From positions 3,150 through 67,149 of the forward strand of contig DAOULX010000044.1 in the NCBI GenBank assembly GCA_034414775.1: DNA of 64,000 nt, written 5' to 3'. Shown here piece by piece: positions 26,969 through 35,039 of this stretch. Every line of letters begins with the position of its first letter. Position 1 is the stretch's first letter. The notes beneath the pieces were generated by a model. That model did no database searches. It was given only the letters and a program-made list of their open reading frames with translations, and was not told the origin of the DNA. Made by a program: the position numbers and the translations under genes. Source of the DNA: Dehalococcoidales bacterium. GTDB taxonomy: Bacteria > Chloroflexota > Dehalococcoidia > Dehalococcoidales > RBG-16-60-22.

Positions 26969-27355
26969 CTACTTGGTCATGCCCCTGGCGACGCTTTTAA
27001 GAAGGCTGAGGATACCGATGACCGCGCGTTGCGTCTCGGGGGACTCTTCGCCCAGCATTCTGGCCACGTAGGGATCGACCTGGTGGCCGATATAATGCCC
27101 GCCGGCCTCCTCGGCGACGCCCGGACCATGGGGTGTCAAAAAACCGGCCAGAGTGAACAGCTCATCCTCGTTAAAGCCCAGCGGTTTGGCAATCTTGCGC
27201 AGGATACGCGCCGAAGGGAACCGTTCGCCACGTTCGATACGCCCCAGGTGGGATGAAGACACGCCGGTTTCGCTGGAAAGTTCCTGAAGAGTTAATGGGA
27301 CGCTGATTCTTTGCTGCTTGAGTATCCTACCGAGGTTATTGATTGAATCGTTCAT
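26969..27355 (-). CDS. XRE family transcriptional regulator
   Basis: LGRILKQQRISVPLTLQELSSETGVSSSHLGRIERGERFPS HTH. ATG is at 27355. Confidence 0.85.
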   Translation of the reverse strand: MNDSINNLGRILKQQRISVPLTLQELSSETGVSSSHLGRIERGERFPSARILRKIAKPLGFNEDELFTLAGFLTPHGPGVAEEAGGHYIGHQVDPYVARMLGEESPETQRAVIGILSLLKSVARGMTK

Positions 27356-27365
27356 ACTGTGGTAA

Positions 27366-27394
27366 ATTATAATTTGCCAAATGGCAAATGTCAA
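27366..27394 (-). promoter_or_regulatory. Consensus promoter (TTGACA-17-TATAAT) with inverted repeat TTTGCC-N4-GGCAAA in the spacer
   Basis: Minus-strand TTGACA (27389-27394) and TATAAT (27366-27371). IR at 27373-27388. The XRE ATG is only 10 nt past the -10. Confidence 0.6.
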
Positions 27395-27462
27395 TACCTC
27401 TTCTGGCCGATTTCAGGGCGGATTGTCCATGCTTTTGCCATTGATAGTACCGGGACACTACC

Positions 27463-27492
27463 TTGACGGCGTGCGTCAGTCAAATGTACAAT
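27463..27492 (+). promoter_or_regulatory. Candidate promoter (TTGACG-18-TACAAT)
   Basis: TTGACG 27463-27468 and TACAAT 27487-27492, about 105 nt upstream of ATG 27599. Confidence 0.45.
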
Positions 27493-27525
27493 AGAGGAGG
27501 TCAACAAACTAAGAACGGCATCATT

Positions 27526-27576
27526 AAAGCTGAGCGCCAGACATCAGGCAGCCGTGTCTCAGCTTTTTCGTGTTTA
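27526..27576 (+). terminator. Terminator-like hairpin plus U-tract inside the 5' leader of the FAD-dependent oxidoreductase gene
   Basis: AAAGCTG...AGACA / TGTCT CAGCTTT stems followed by TTCGTGTTT. The SD GGGGAGG lies just downstream. Confidence 0.4.
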
Positions 27577-27598
27577 GGGGAGGTAAAAGAGGCGCCTA

Positions 27599-28999
27599 AT
27601 GCCCGTCGACAACAGCTATGACGTAATTATCGTCGGTGGAGGCCCGGCCGGTATCTTCACGGCTCTGGAGCTTTCACAGTCCGAGCACCTGAAAGTCCTC
27701 TTGATTGAGAAGGGCAAGGACCTGGGCGAACGGGTCTGCCCGGTACGGGATACCCACAAGCCCTGCGTTGAATGCCGGCCGTGTAATGTAGTCTGTGGCC
27801 TGGGCGGGGCGGGTGCCTTCAGCGACGGCAAGCTCGTGCTATCGTCACAGGTCGGTGGTCAACTGAGCGACTACCTGAATGAGGAAAACGTCGCTACCCT
27901 TATCAAATATGTTGACCAGCTTTACATGAAATTCGGCGCCTCGTCTAGACTCTTTGGTGGGGACGGTGTCGTTGACGACATCAGCCGGCGTGCCAGCCAG
28001 GCCGGTCTGCGGTTATTGCCCACCCCCGTGAGGCACATGGGTACCGAGAACTGCTATGCCGTAATGAAGGCGATGAAGGACTTCTTGGTTCCACGCCTGG
28101 ATTTCCGGCTTTGCACTACCGCGATGAAAGTCCTTACCGAAAACGGAGAGGTACGTGGTATCGAAACCGAGGAAGGGCAACGTTACCTTTGCCGGTATCT
28201 GGTTTTAGCGCCGGGCCGGGAAGGTGCCGACTGGCTATCACGGGAAGCCGACCGTCTTCACCTGACGATGCATAATAATCCTATTGACGTTGGCGTCCGG
28301 CTTGAGGTACCCTTTTCGGTATTGCAGGAATTGACCGACCAACTATATGAGGTCAAACTGGAATATTACTCCGAGAGTTTCAACGACCGCATCCGGACTT
28401 TCTGTATGTGTCCCGCCGGGGAGGTCATCACCGAGTCCACCGGTGGTCCCGATCCGGTCGTGACGGTGAACGGGCACAGCTACGCCGAGCGGAAAAGCGG
28501 TAATACCAACTTCGCCCTGCTCGTCAGTACCGATTTTACGCGTCCCTTCCATGAGCCTATCGCGTACGGAAGGTATTTAGCCAGGCTGGCCAATCTGCTC
28601 GGTGGCGGGGTGCTGATACAACGTCTGGGTGACCTTCGGGACGGACATCGCTCCACGCCGGAGCGTATCGATGCCGGTAAGGTTCGGCCGACGCTGAGGA
28701 GTGCCGCACCCGGTGACCTCAGCTTCGCCCTGCCATATCGCCACCTTACTGGGATTATCGAGATGCTCGACGCCATGGAGAAGCTGGTGCCGGGCGTTGC
28801 CTCGCCGGATACTCTGCTCTATGGCATTGAAGTGAAGTTTTACTCCTGCCGCCCTCAGCTCAGTTCCTGCCTGGAAACAGAAGTCCGCAATATGTTTGCG
28901 GTGGGAGACGGTACCGGGGTGAGTCGTGGTTTGGTACAAGCTTCGGCCTCCGGCCTGGTGGCCGCTGTCGAGATAATAAGGCGGAGCGAGCTGGGCTGA
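27599..28999 (+). CDS. FAD-dependent oxidoreductase (uncharacterised dehydrogenase family)
   Basis: N-terminal YDVIIVGGGPAGIFTA dinucleotide-binding motif, a Cys-rich insert (CPVRDTHKPCVECRPCNVVCG), and C-terminal FAVGDGTGVSRG. Confidence 0.8.
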   Translation: MPVDNSYDVIIVGGGPAGIFTALELSQSEHLKVLLIEKGKDLGERVCPVRDTHKPCVECRPCNVVCGLGGAGAFSDGKLVLSSQVGGQLSDYLNEENVATLIKYVDQLYMKFGASSRLFGGDGVVDDISRRASQAGLRLLPTPVRHMGTENCYAVMKAMKDFLVPRLDFRLCTTAMKVLTENGEVRGIETEEGQRYLCRYLVLAPGREGADWLSREADRLHLTMHNNPIDVGVRLEVPFSVLQELTDQLYEVKLEYYSESFNDRIRTFCMCPAGEVITESTGGPDPVVTVNGHSYAERKSGNTNFALLVSTDFTRPFHEPIAYGRYLARLANLLGGGVLIQRLGDLRDGHRSTPERIDAGKVRPTLRSAAPGDLSFALPYRHLTGIIEMLDAMEKLVPGVASPDTLLYGIEVKFYSCRPQLSSCLETEVRNMFAVGDGTGVSRGLVQASASGLVAAVEIIRRSELG

Positions 29000-29026
29000 A
29001 TCCGAAAAGCAAAAATATGCAACATC

Positions 29027-29055
29027 TTGACAGGATAGTCTGAGCCGGATACAAT
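29027..29055 (+). promoter_or_regulatory. Promoter (TTGACA-17-TACAAT) for rpsU-yqeY
   Basis: TTGACA 29027-29032 and TACAAT 29050-29055. The roughly 120-nt leader contains the hairpin ATTGGGGG/CCCCCAAT at 29103-29126. Confidence 0.55.
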
Positions 29056-29180
29056 TAAGAAGCGTGTTTCAACATAATACGAAGCATGTAGGTATCGCTT
29101 TCATTGGGGGTGCCAGAACCCCCAATAATATTAGCCGGGAAACGAGCAGGCGGCTCCGGTTGGGAAGGGAGTGATAGAAT

Positions 29181-29378
29181 TTGGCTGAAGTTACGGCTGG
29201 CGAAGACGAAAGCTTCGATAGTTTACTGAAGAGGTTCAACCGTAAAGTACAGCAGGACGGTATCCTGGCGGAGCTGCGCCGCAGGGAACATTACGAAAAA
29301 CCCAGCATCAAGCGTAAGCGAAAAAAGGCAGCCAAGAAACGTGGTGCTGCGAAGAGTGCCCGGATGTTCCGGCGGTAG
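29181..29378 (+). CDS. rpsU: 30S ribosomal protein S21
   Basis: ESFDSLLKRFNRKVQQDGILAELRRREHYEKPS plus a basic tail. TTG start sits 8 nt after GGGAG. Confidence 0.9.
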   Translation: MAEVTAGEDESFDSLLKRFNRKVQQDGILAELRRREHYEKPSIKRKRKKAAKKRGAAKSARMFRR

Positions 29379-29389
29379 ATAAGGCCATA

Positions 29390-29848
29390 ATGGAGCAGGA
29401 ATCGGCACTAAAAGCAAAGCTGAGCGATGACCTCAAGCAGGCGATGAAGAGTGGTGATACAGTCAAACGGGGCACCCTTCGCCTGCTTATTTCATCGATA
29501 AACAACGCCGAAATCGCCAAGAAAGCCCCCCTGGACGACGGCGATATCCTAGGGCTGGTTGCCAAGGAGATTAAACGTCACCAGGAAAGCATCGAGGCCT
29601 TCAAGCAGGGCAACCGATCGGACCTGACGGCTAACGAGGAAGCGGAGTTAGGTGTCCTCCAGGGCTATATGCCGGAGCAGATGACCCGGGACGAAGTGGC
29701 GGCGGCGGCGCGTGAGGTTATAGAGGCGGTGGGTGCACAGGGCCCCGGAGACAAAGGCAAAGTCATGCAGCAACTGATGCCCAAACTCAAGGGCAAGGCT
29801 GACGGGAAGGCCATTAACGAGATCGTGTCGGAACTGCTGGGGCGGTAG
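29390..29848 (+). CDS. yqeY: GatB/YqeY domain protein
   Basis: LKAKLSDDLKQAMKSGD...VAKEIKRHQESIEAFKQGNR...GPGDKGKVMQQLMPKLKGKADG. The rpsU-yqeY arrangement is conserved. Confidence 0.85.
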   Translation: MEQESALKAKLSDDLKQAMKSGDTVKRGTLRLLISSINNAEIAKKAPLDDGDILGLVAKEIKRHQESIEAFKQGNRSDLTANEEAELGVLQGYMPEQMTRDEVAAAAREVIEAVGAQGPGDKGKVMQQLMPKLKGKADGKAINEIVSELLGR

Positions 29849-29854
29849 CTCCAG

Positions 29855-31459
29855 CTAGCCCATCGCCCTCTCCAGTTCCTCGCACAATTTCTCGTGCTTT
29901 ATTCCGGAGTCTATTACTGACCAGGGGAGTGTCTGTTCCGTATCCCATCTCTGATTTACATAATAATCCAGGTCGATTTTTTGCTCTTCAATTGCTTTGC
30001 GCCAGCCGGCCAGTGAAATCTCGCTCATCCCTTCGATTACTCCAGCCAGGTCGGCGTCGCCCCGAGCCAGGGCTCCCTGTACTTCGCTCCAGGCCGGGCT
30101 TTCCTCATTGAGCTTGATGCCCTTGAGCGGCAGGCTGCTTCTCAATATCCCTAGTCTCCGGTTAAGCGTTTCCTGGGGTGCCATCGGCAACCACTGGAAG
30201 GGCGTACCTGCCTTGGGTATGAAGGGTGCTACGTTGAGCGTAAGCCGGATTCCGCCCGGCCGTTGGTCGAGCCTTTCTTTTATGGCAAGGGCGAGGCGGA
30301 CGATTTCTTCGCAGTCCTCATCGGTCTCGGTCGGCAGTCCGATAATGAAATAGAGCTTAAGTTGCTTGAAATCGTATCGGGCGATGTCCTCGGCTACCCG
30401 TAAAATCTGGTCCTCGGTGGTGCCCTTGTTGACCAGGTCGCGTAAGCGCTGCGAGCCGGCCTCCGGCGCCATGGTGATCGTCCCGGCCTTGCCCCGGCTC
30501 AGGGAAGCCAGGACCGTTTCGGAAACAGATCCGATGCGCATGGAACTGATTGATATCTCGGCATTGAGACGATTCAGGCCTTCCATAATTTCAGTGATTT
30601 GCGGGTGGTCCGTTACGGCAGGTCCCACCAGGCCGATACGGCGGCGATGGTGCAGTCCCTGCCAGGCCTGCTTGGTGATATTGTCGACGGAACGGGCGCG
30701 CATGGGCGTAAAGGCGGTGTTAACCAGGCAAAAACGGCAGCTCCGCGGGCAACCCCGCTCTGCCTCGATAAGGTAAAGGTCACCTAGCTCCGTTGCCTCC
30801 GTCAGTATTACCGATGTTGTGGCGAATTCATCGAGATTATCAGCCCATTGTCGCACCACCGGTGCCGGTGGGGGAATCGAGGGGAGGTAAAAGCCGGGTA
30901 GCCCGGCCAGGGCTTTGAGCAGGTCCTGGCGTGGTCCACCGATGCCTTCTTCCAGGACAGATACTAGCTGGTGAAGGAGCGCTTCGGCCTCGCCGATGCA
31001 CAGGCAGTCGAAGAAGGGGGCCAGCGGCATTGGATTGGCAATAATGCAGGGACCGCCAGCGATAACCAGAGGGTGTCTTTCATCCCGGTCTGCGGCTCGT
31101 GTGGGAATGCCGCTGGCTTTAAGTATGTTAGCGACGTTGAAGTAGTCAAGCTCGTAGGAGACAGAGAAAGCCAGTACGGGGAAGTCCGTCAACGGCCGAC
31201 CGGACTCCATAGCGACCGGGGGGCGGCGGCTCCCGGGTTCCAGGAAAACCCTCTCGCCCACGATTCTCCTATAGCTGTTGAAAAGGGTGTAGAGGCTGTG
31301 GATCCCCAGGTTGGACATGCCCAGGTAGTACGAGTTGGGGTAGATAATGGCGACCGGAAGCCTTCCCCCCCAGTCCTTGACGATAACGCCTTCTTCGCGG
31401 GGAGAACTCGCCCCGCCTCGGCCTTTTCCGTCACGGAATTGCCTGGCCTTATCCCTCAT
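29855..31459 (-). CDS. Radical SAM protein with N-terminal B12-binding-like domain
   Basis: CPRSCRFCLV CxxxCxxC motif. N-terminal VAIIYPNSYYLGMSNLGIHSLY resembles the widespread uncharacterised rSAM family that usually partners with DUF2344. Confidence 0.8.
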   Translation of the reverse strand: MRDKARQFRDGKGRGGASSPREEGVIVKDWGGRLPVAIIYPNSYYLGMSNLGIHSLYTLFNSYRRIVGERVFLEPGSRRPPVAMESGRPLTDFPVLAFSVSYELDYFNVANILKASGIPTRAADRDERHPLVIAGGPCIIANPMPLAPFFDCLCIGEAEALLHQLVSVLEEGIGGPRQDLLKALAGLPGFYLPSIPPPAPVVRQWADNLDEFATTSVILTEATELGDLYLIEAERGCPRSCRFCLVNTAFTPMRARSVDNITKQAWQGLHHRRRIGLVGPAVTDHPQITEIMEGLNRLNAEISISSMRIGSVSETVLASLSRGKAGTITMAPEAGSQRLRDLVNKGTTEDQILRVAEDIARYDFKQLKLYFIIGLPTETDEDCEEIVRLALAIKERLDQRPGGIRLTLNVAPFIPKAGTPFQWLPMAPQETLNRRLGILRSSLPLKGIKLNEESPAWSEVQGALARGDADLAGVIEGMSEISLAGWRKAIEEQKIDLDYYVNQRWDTEQTLPWSVIDSGIKHEKLCEELERAMG

Positions 31460-31481
31460 CGGTACTCTGCTAGGTCGTAGG

Positions 31482-32012
31482 TTATTTCCAGCAGTCTTTA
31501 AGGATCCGTGCGTTGATCTGGATGACGCGGTCCGCGGCGTTCCTTAGTTCCTGAGATGTGCCCTGTTTGCCGAACAGAGCGACCTCGACATGCTTGCCGT
31601 TATCCTTGACTGCCTGGACGGCACCGGCGAAATCGTTGTCTCCGGCTACCAGGATGCCAACATCATAATTGCCTTTGAAGGCGTGGGTAATCATATCGGT
31701 GGCCAGCTGTACATCGGTACCCTTTTCATAGGGAGGTACGGTTGGCCAATTGGTATAAACCAGGCGTCCCAGGCGTAATTCGGTGTACGGTATGGCATTA
31801 ACGCTGGCAAAAAAAGCCTGCTGCTGCTTGTATAGCTCAGGCTCCTGCTTCTGTCCCACCTTGTCATTATAATAGTATATTCTGACGAGCTGGCGCCGCT
31901 GTAGCAGTTTCCGGCAGAACCTGCCCAGATCGAGGTCCGTCCTCCTGAAATAGTTTTTGAGTGAATGATAGAGGTTGCTGCCGTCGACGAAGATCATCAC
32001 TCTCTCCCCCAT
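31482..32012 (-). CDS. NYN (LabA-like) domain protein
   Basis: MIFVDGSNLYHS, VLVAGDNDFAGAVQAVKDNGKHVEV. ATG 32012 sits behind GGAAGGAGG. Confidence 0.8.
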   Translation of the reverse strand: MGERVMIFVDGSNLYHSLKNYFRRTDLDLGRFCRKLLQRRQLVRIYYYNDKVGQKQEPELYKQQQAFFASVNAIPYTELRLGRLVYTNWPTVPPYEKGTDVQLATDMITHAFKGNYDVGILVAGDNDFAGAVQAVKDNGKHVEVALFGKQGTSQELRNAADRVIQINARILKDCWK

Positions 32013-32101
32013 GCTTGCCTCCTTCCTAGTGCGTGTGGGAATTTACCGTCTCTATTATATCGCCTTTTATGGACAGAATGCGACTTTTGTTCCCAGCACG
32101 G

Positions 32102-32131
32102 TTGTACGGCGTCGAATCTGAATGCTATAAT
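32102..32131 (+). promoter_or_regulatory. Candidate promoter (TTGTAC-18-TGcTATAAT) for gatCA
   Basis: TTGTAC 32102-32107 and extended -10 TGCTATAAT ending at 32131. Confidence 0.45.
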
Positions 32132-32160
32132 TGACGCGTAATGTGCCCCGGGAGAATTCT

Positions 32161-32448
32161 ATGAAGCTGAGTCGAGAAGAAGTCCTGCATATTGCCCGTC
32201 TGGCGCGGGTGGACCTGACGGAAGCCGAAATTACCCGATACAGTGAGCAGCTTTCCGGTCTTTTGGAGCACTTCGAGGTGCTCCAGCAGGTGGATACCGC
32301 CGATGTCCCGCCGACCGCCCAGTCAGTCGAGCTGCGCAGCGTCATGCGGGATGATGCGGTCCGTCCTTCTTTGCCGCCGCAGGACGTGCTGGCTAACGCC
32401 CCGAAACGCGAGGGTGACCTGTTCCGCGTCAAGGCGGTACTGGAGTAG
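32161..32448 (+). CDS. gatC: Asp/Glu-tRNA amidotransferase subunit C
   Basis: [24 protein letters not shown]...MRDD. 95 aa. Confidence 0.9.
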   Translation: MKLSREEVLHIARLARVDLTEAEITRYSEQLSGLLEHFEVLQQVDTADVPPTAQSVELRSVMRDDAVRPSLPPQDVLANAPKREGDLFRVKAVLE

Positions 32449-32467
32449 GCGGATAGGCAGCCAGATT

Positions 32468-33910
32468 ATGCAGACGACGATACATGAAACCTCCCGGCTT
32501 CTTAAGGCGAAACAGCTTTCATCGGTTGAGGTTACCAAAGAGTACCTGGAGCGTATCGAAAAGGTGGAACCGCAGGTGCGCGCTATGGTAACGGTCACCG
32601 GCGACCTCGCCCTGGAGCAGGCCCGCCTCGCCGATCAAGCCATCGCCGCTGGTGAGGCCGGCCCGCTCACCGGCATACCACTGGCCATTAAAGATGTTAT
32701 TTGCACCTGCGGCATCAGAACAACATGCTCGGCAAAGATGCTCGAAAATTTTATACCGCCGTATGACGCCACCGTCATGGAAAAGCTGAACGCGGCCGGG
32801 GCAGTGATGTTGGGCAAGACCAATATGGACGAGTTCGCCATGGGCTCGTCAACGGAGAATTCGGCCTTCTTCCCGACACATAACCCCTGGGACCTGGACC
32901 GGGTGCCCGGCGGCAGCAGCGGTGGCTCGGCGGTGGCTGTGGCCGCCGGCGAGGCGGCCGGAGCGGTGGGCTCGGATACGGGCGGTAGCATCCGCCAGCC
33001 GGCCGGCTTTTGCAGCGTCGTCGGTATGAAGCCCACCTACGGGCGGGTCAGCCGTTACGGGCTGGTGGCCTTCGCCAGCTCCCTGGACCAGATCGGCCCG
33101 CTGACACAGGACGTCACCGATTGCGCCATACTGCTAAATGTCCTTGCTGGGCACGACCGGCGGGACTCCACTTCCGTTCCCGAACCTGTCCCCGATTACA
33201 CACAAAGCCTGAAATCCGACCTGAAGGGCATGCTTCTTGGTGTTCCCAAGGAGTATTTCGTAGAAGGGATGCAGCCGGAGGTCGCGGATATCATCCGGAA
33301 GGCGATCGGCAAGCTGGAAGAGCTCGGCGCTTCAGTCGAGGAGACCTCGCTGCCCCACACTCCCTACGCCCTGGCCGTCTATTACATTATCGCCCCCTCC
33401 GAGGCATCGGCCAACCTGGCCCGCTACGATGGTGTCAAGTACGGCTACTCCTATCCGGGCGAGACTATGTGGGAATCGATGGAGAAGACGCGCGGCAATG
33501 GCTTTGGGCCGGAGGTCAAGCGGCGTATCATGCTGGGGACTTACGCCCTTTCCGCCGGCTACTACGATGCCTGGTATGTTAAAGCCCAGAAGGTACGCAC
33601 CCTGATAAGGCGGGAGTTCGATGCCGCCTTCGAGAAATACGATGCCCTGGTGACCCCCACCTCCCCCACCGTCCCCTTTAAAATCGGTGAGAGGACCGAT
33701 GATCCACTGGCCATGTACCTCAGCGATGTCTGCACGCTGCCCGTCAACATCGCCGGTGTACCGGGCATCTCCGTTCCGGCCGGCTTTGCCGACGGCCTGC
33801 CCGTCGGGTTGCAGTTCATCGGCAAGCACTTCCGCGAGGAGACGCTCCTGCATGTTGCCTACGCCTTCGAGCAGGCAACCGAGTGGCATAGAAGAAGGGC
33901 GGAGGTGTAG
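32468..33910 (+). CDS. gatA: Asp/Glu-tRNA amidotransferase subunit A
   Basis: Amidase signature ([26 protein letters not shown]). ATG at 32468. The upstream in-frame ORF extension overlaps gatC and is rejected. Confidence 0.95.
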   Translation: MQTTIHETSRLLKAKQLSSVEVTKEYLERIEKVEPQVRAMVTVTGDLALEQARLADQAIAAGEAGPLTGIPLAIKDVICTCGIRTTCSAKMLENFIPPYDATVMEKLNAAGAVMLGKTNMDEFAMGSSTENSAFFPTHNPWDLDRVPGGSSGGSAVAVAAGEAAGAVGSDTGGSIRQPAGFCSVVGMKPTYGRVSRYGLVAFASSLDQIGPLTQDVTDCAILLNVLAGHDRRDSTSVPEPVPDYTQSLKSDLKGMLLGVPKEYFVEGMQPEVADIIRKAIGKLEELGASVEETSLPHTPYALAVYYIIAPSEASANLARYDGVKYGYSYPGETMWESMEKTRGNGFGPEVKRRIMLGTYALSAGYYDAWYVKAQKVRTLIRREFDAAFEKYDALVTPTSPTVPFKIGERTDDPLAMYLSDVCTLPVNIAGVPGISVPAGFADGLPVGLQFIGKHFREETLLHVAYAFEQATEWHRRRAEV

Positions 33911-33913
33911 AAG

Positions 33914-34327
33914 GTGAAATACCCAGTCAAATTGAATCCAAAGAACAAGAAAAAACTCGAACAGGCACTAAAAGACCTATTAGGCAGAACTGCGGTAAAA
34001 TTTTCAAGCATTGATTATTATTCTGTACCTGCCGAAGGAGGTGTTTATCTGATAACCAGAAGATATAGTTCCAAAGAAACACCTTACTATATTGGACGTT
34101 CGAAGAACATACGAAATAGACTAAAAGTTCATATAAACAGAACTGTATTTAAGAAGTATTTAATTGACCAGAAATTATGTGCAAATCTGGAAGATGCCAA
34201 GAACTACACTCTAAGGCATTGTGCGGTCAGATGGTTACTAGAAAGTGATTACAAAGTGAGAGCGAGGATGGAAGGATACTTTACCGCGGTTCTTTCTCCT
34301 AGATGTGAAATTTATGAAGAACATTAG
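33914..34327 (+). CDS. Stand-alone GIY-YIG nuclease-domain protein in an AT-rich insert
   Basis: GGVYLI...PYYIGRSKNIRNRLKVH motif. GTG start sits 3 nt after the gatA stop, with GGAGG inside the gatA 3' end. Composition is visibly far more AT-rich than the flanks. Confidence 0.7.
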   Translation: MKYPVKLNPKNKKKLEQALKDLLGRTAVKFSSIDYYSVPAEGGVYLITRRYSSKETPYYIGRSKNIRNRLKVHINRTVFKKYLIDQKLCANLEDAKNYTLRHCAVRWLLESDYKVRARMEGYFTAVLSPRCEIYEEH

Positions 34328-34331
34328 TTTT

Positions 34332-34506
34332 CCTGGATTCCCGCTTTCGCGGGAATGACATGCCAATAGCAGAACGGGGCGTCTAAGAGGGGCGCCAGCC
34401 CCTCTTTAAAAATATCCCCCTTCCCTCAGGGAAGGGGGCCAGGGGGATGGACAAAGGAATTGGAATATATAAGCGTTTCCTGGATTCCCGCTTCCGCGGG
34501 AATGAC
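34332..34506. repeat. Mosaic of short hairpin repeat modules (H1-H2-H3-H1')
   Basis: H1 is CCTGGATTCCCGCTTTCGCGGGAATGAC at 34332-34359. H2 is AGAGGGGCGCCAGCCCCTCT at 34386-34405. H3 is CCCCCTTCCCTCAGGGAAGGGGG at 34416-34438. H1' is at 34489-34506. The same modules recur at 54676-54798. Confidence 0.8.
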
Positions 34507-34589
34507 GGATTATATGGTCAGGGGGTGAGGTAAATATAGATTCGCGTCCGGAATACTATATCCAACCCGGCAGCCAGTGGTACAACCGC

Positions 34590-35039
34590 ATGGTAACTGA
34601 GATAGGCCAGCAGGAGCTTTCGCTCGGACCTAAAGGTGCCAAGAAGTACAAGCTGGACCTGCTCAAGCGTGTCGCCAAAAGGGTCGATGACTTCTCCACT
34701 ACCTGCGCCGAGTGTGAAGCCCATAAAAAGGATATATCTAGGCTGGTTGATGAGCTAAACATGGCTATTCAGGCCCCCGGCCAGCGTGTTCCCAAGGAGT
34801 TTAATCGGACCCTCAATAATATCGTCGAGCACCTGAAGAAAGTCCATAAGCTGGTGGACAAGGGGCATTATATGGGGATTGGTATCGGTATCGGCCTGGC
34901 TTTAGGAGCGGGGATTGGCGCCGCCATCGGGGCCGCCACGGACAATCCAGGTATTGGCACCGGCGTCGGTATAGCCCTTGGATTGGCGATAGGCGCTTAT
35001 CTGGACAAGAGAGCCAAGGACGAGGGGCGCGTTATCTGA
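34590..35039 (+). CDS. Hypothetical protein with C-terminal glycine-zipper membrane segment
   Basis: Helical N-terminal part with CAECEAH, then GIGIGIGLALGAGIGAAIGAA...GVGIALGLAIGAYL. Confidence 0.5.
   Translation: MVTEIGQQELSLGPKGAKKYKLDLLKRVAKRVDDFSTTCAECEAHKKDISRLVDELNMAIQAPGQRVPKEFNRTLNNIVEHLKKVHKLVDKGHYMGIGIGIGLALGAGIGAAIGAATDNPGIGTGVGIALGLAIGAYLDKRAKDEGRVI

Noticed and set aside
32243-32467. N-terminal extension of gatA in the ORF track (start 32243)
   Set aside because: The extension overlaps gatC in another frame and translates to low-complexity sequence. The conserved GatA N-terminus begins at ATG 32468.
34332-34506. Possible CRISPR array, because of repeated palindromic units
   Set aside because: There are only two copies of one unit with irregular spacing. 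Other unrelated hairpins are interleaved, and the same modules occur in a different order at 54.7 kb. No cas genes are present. The arrangement fits a REP/BIME-like mosaic instead.
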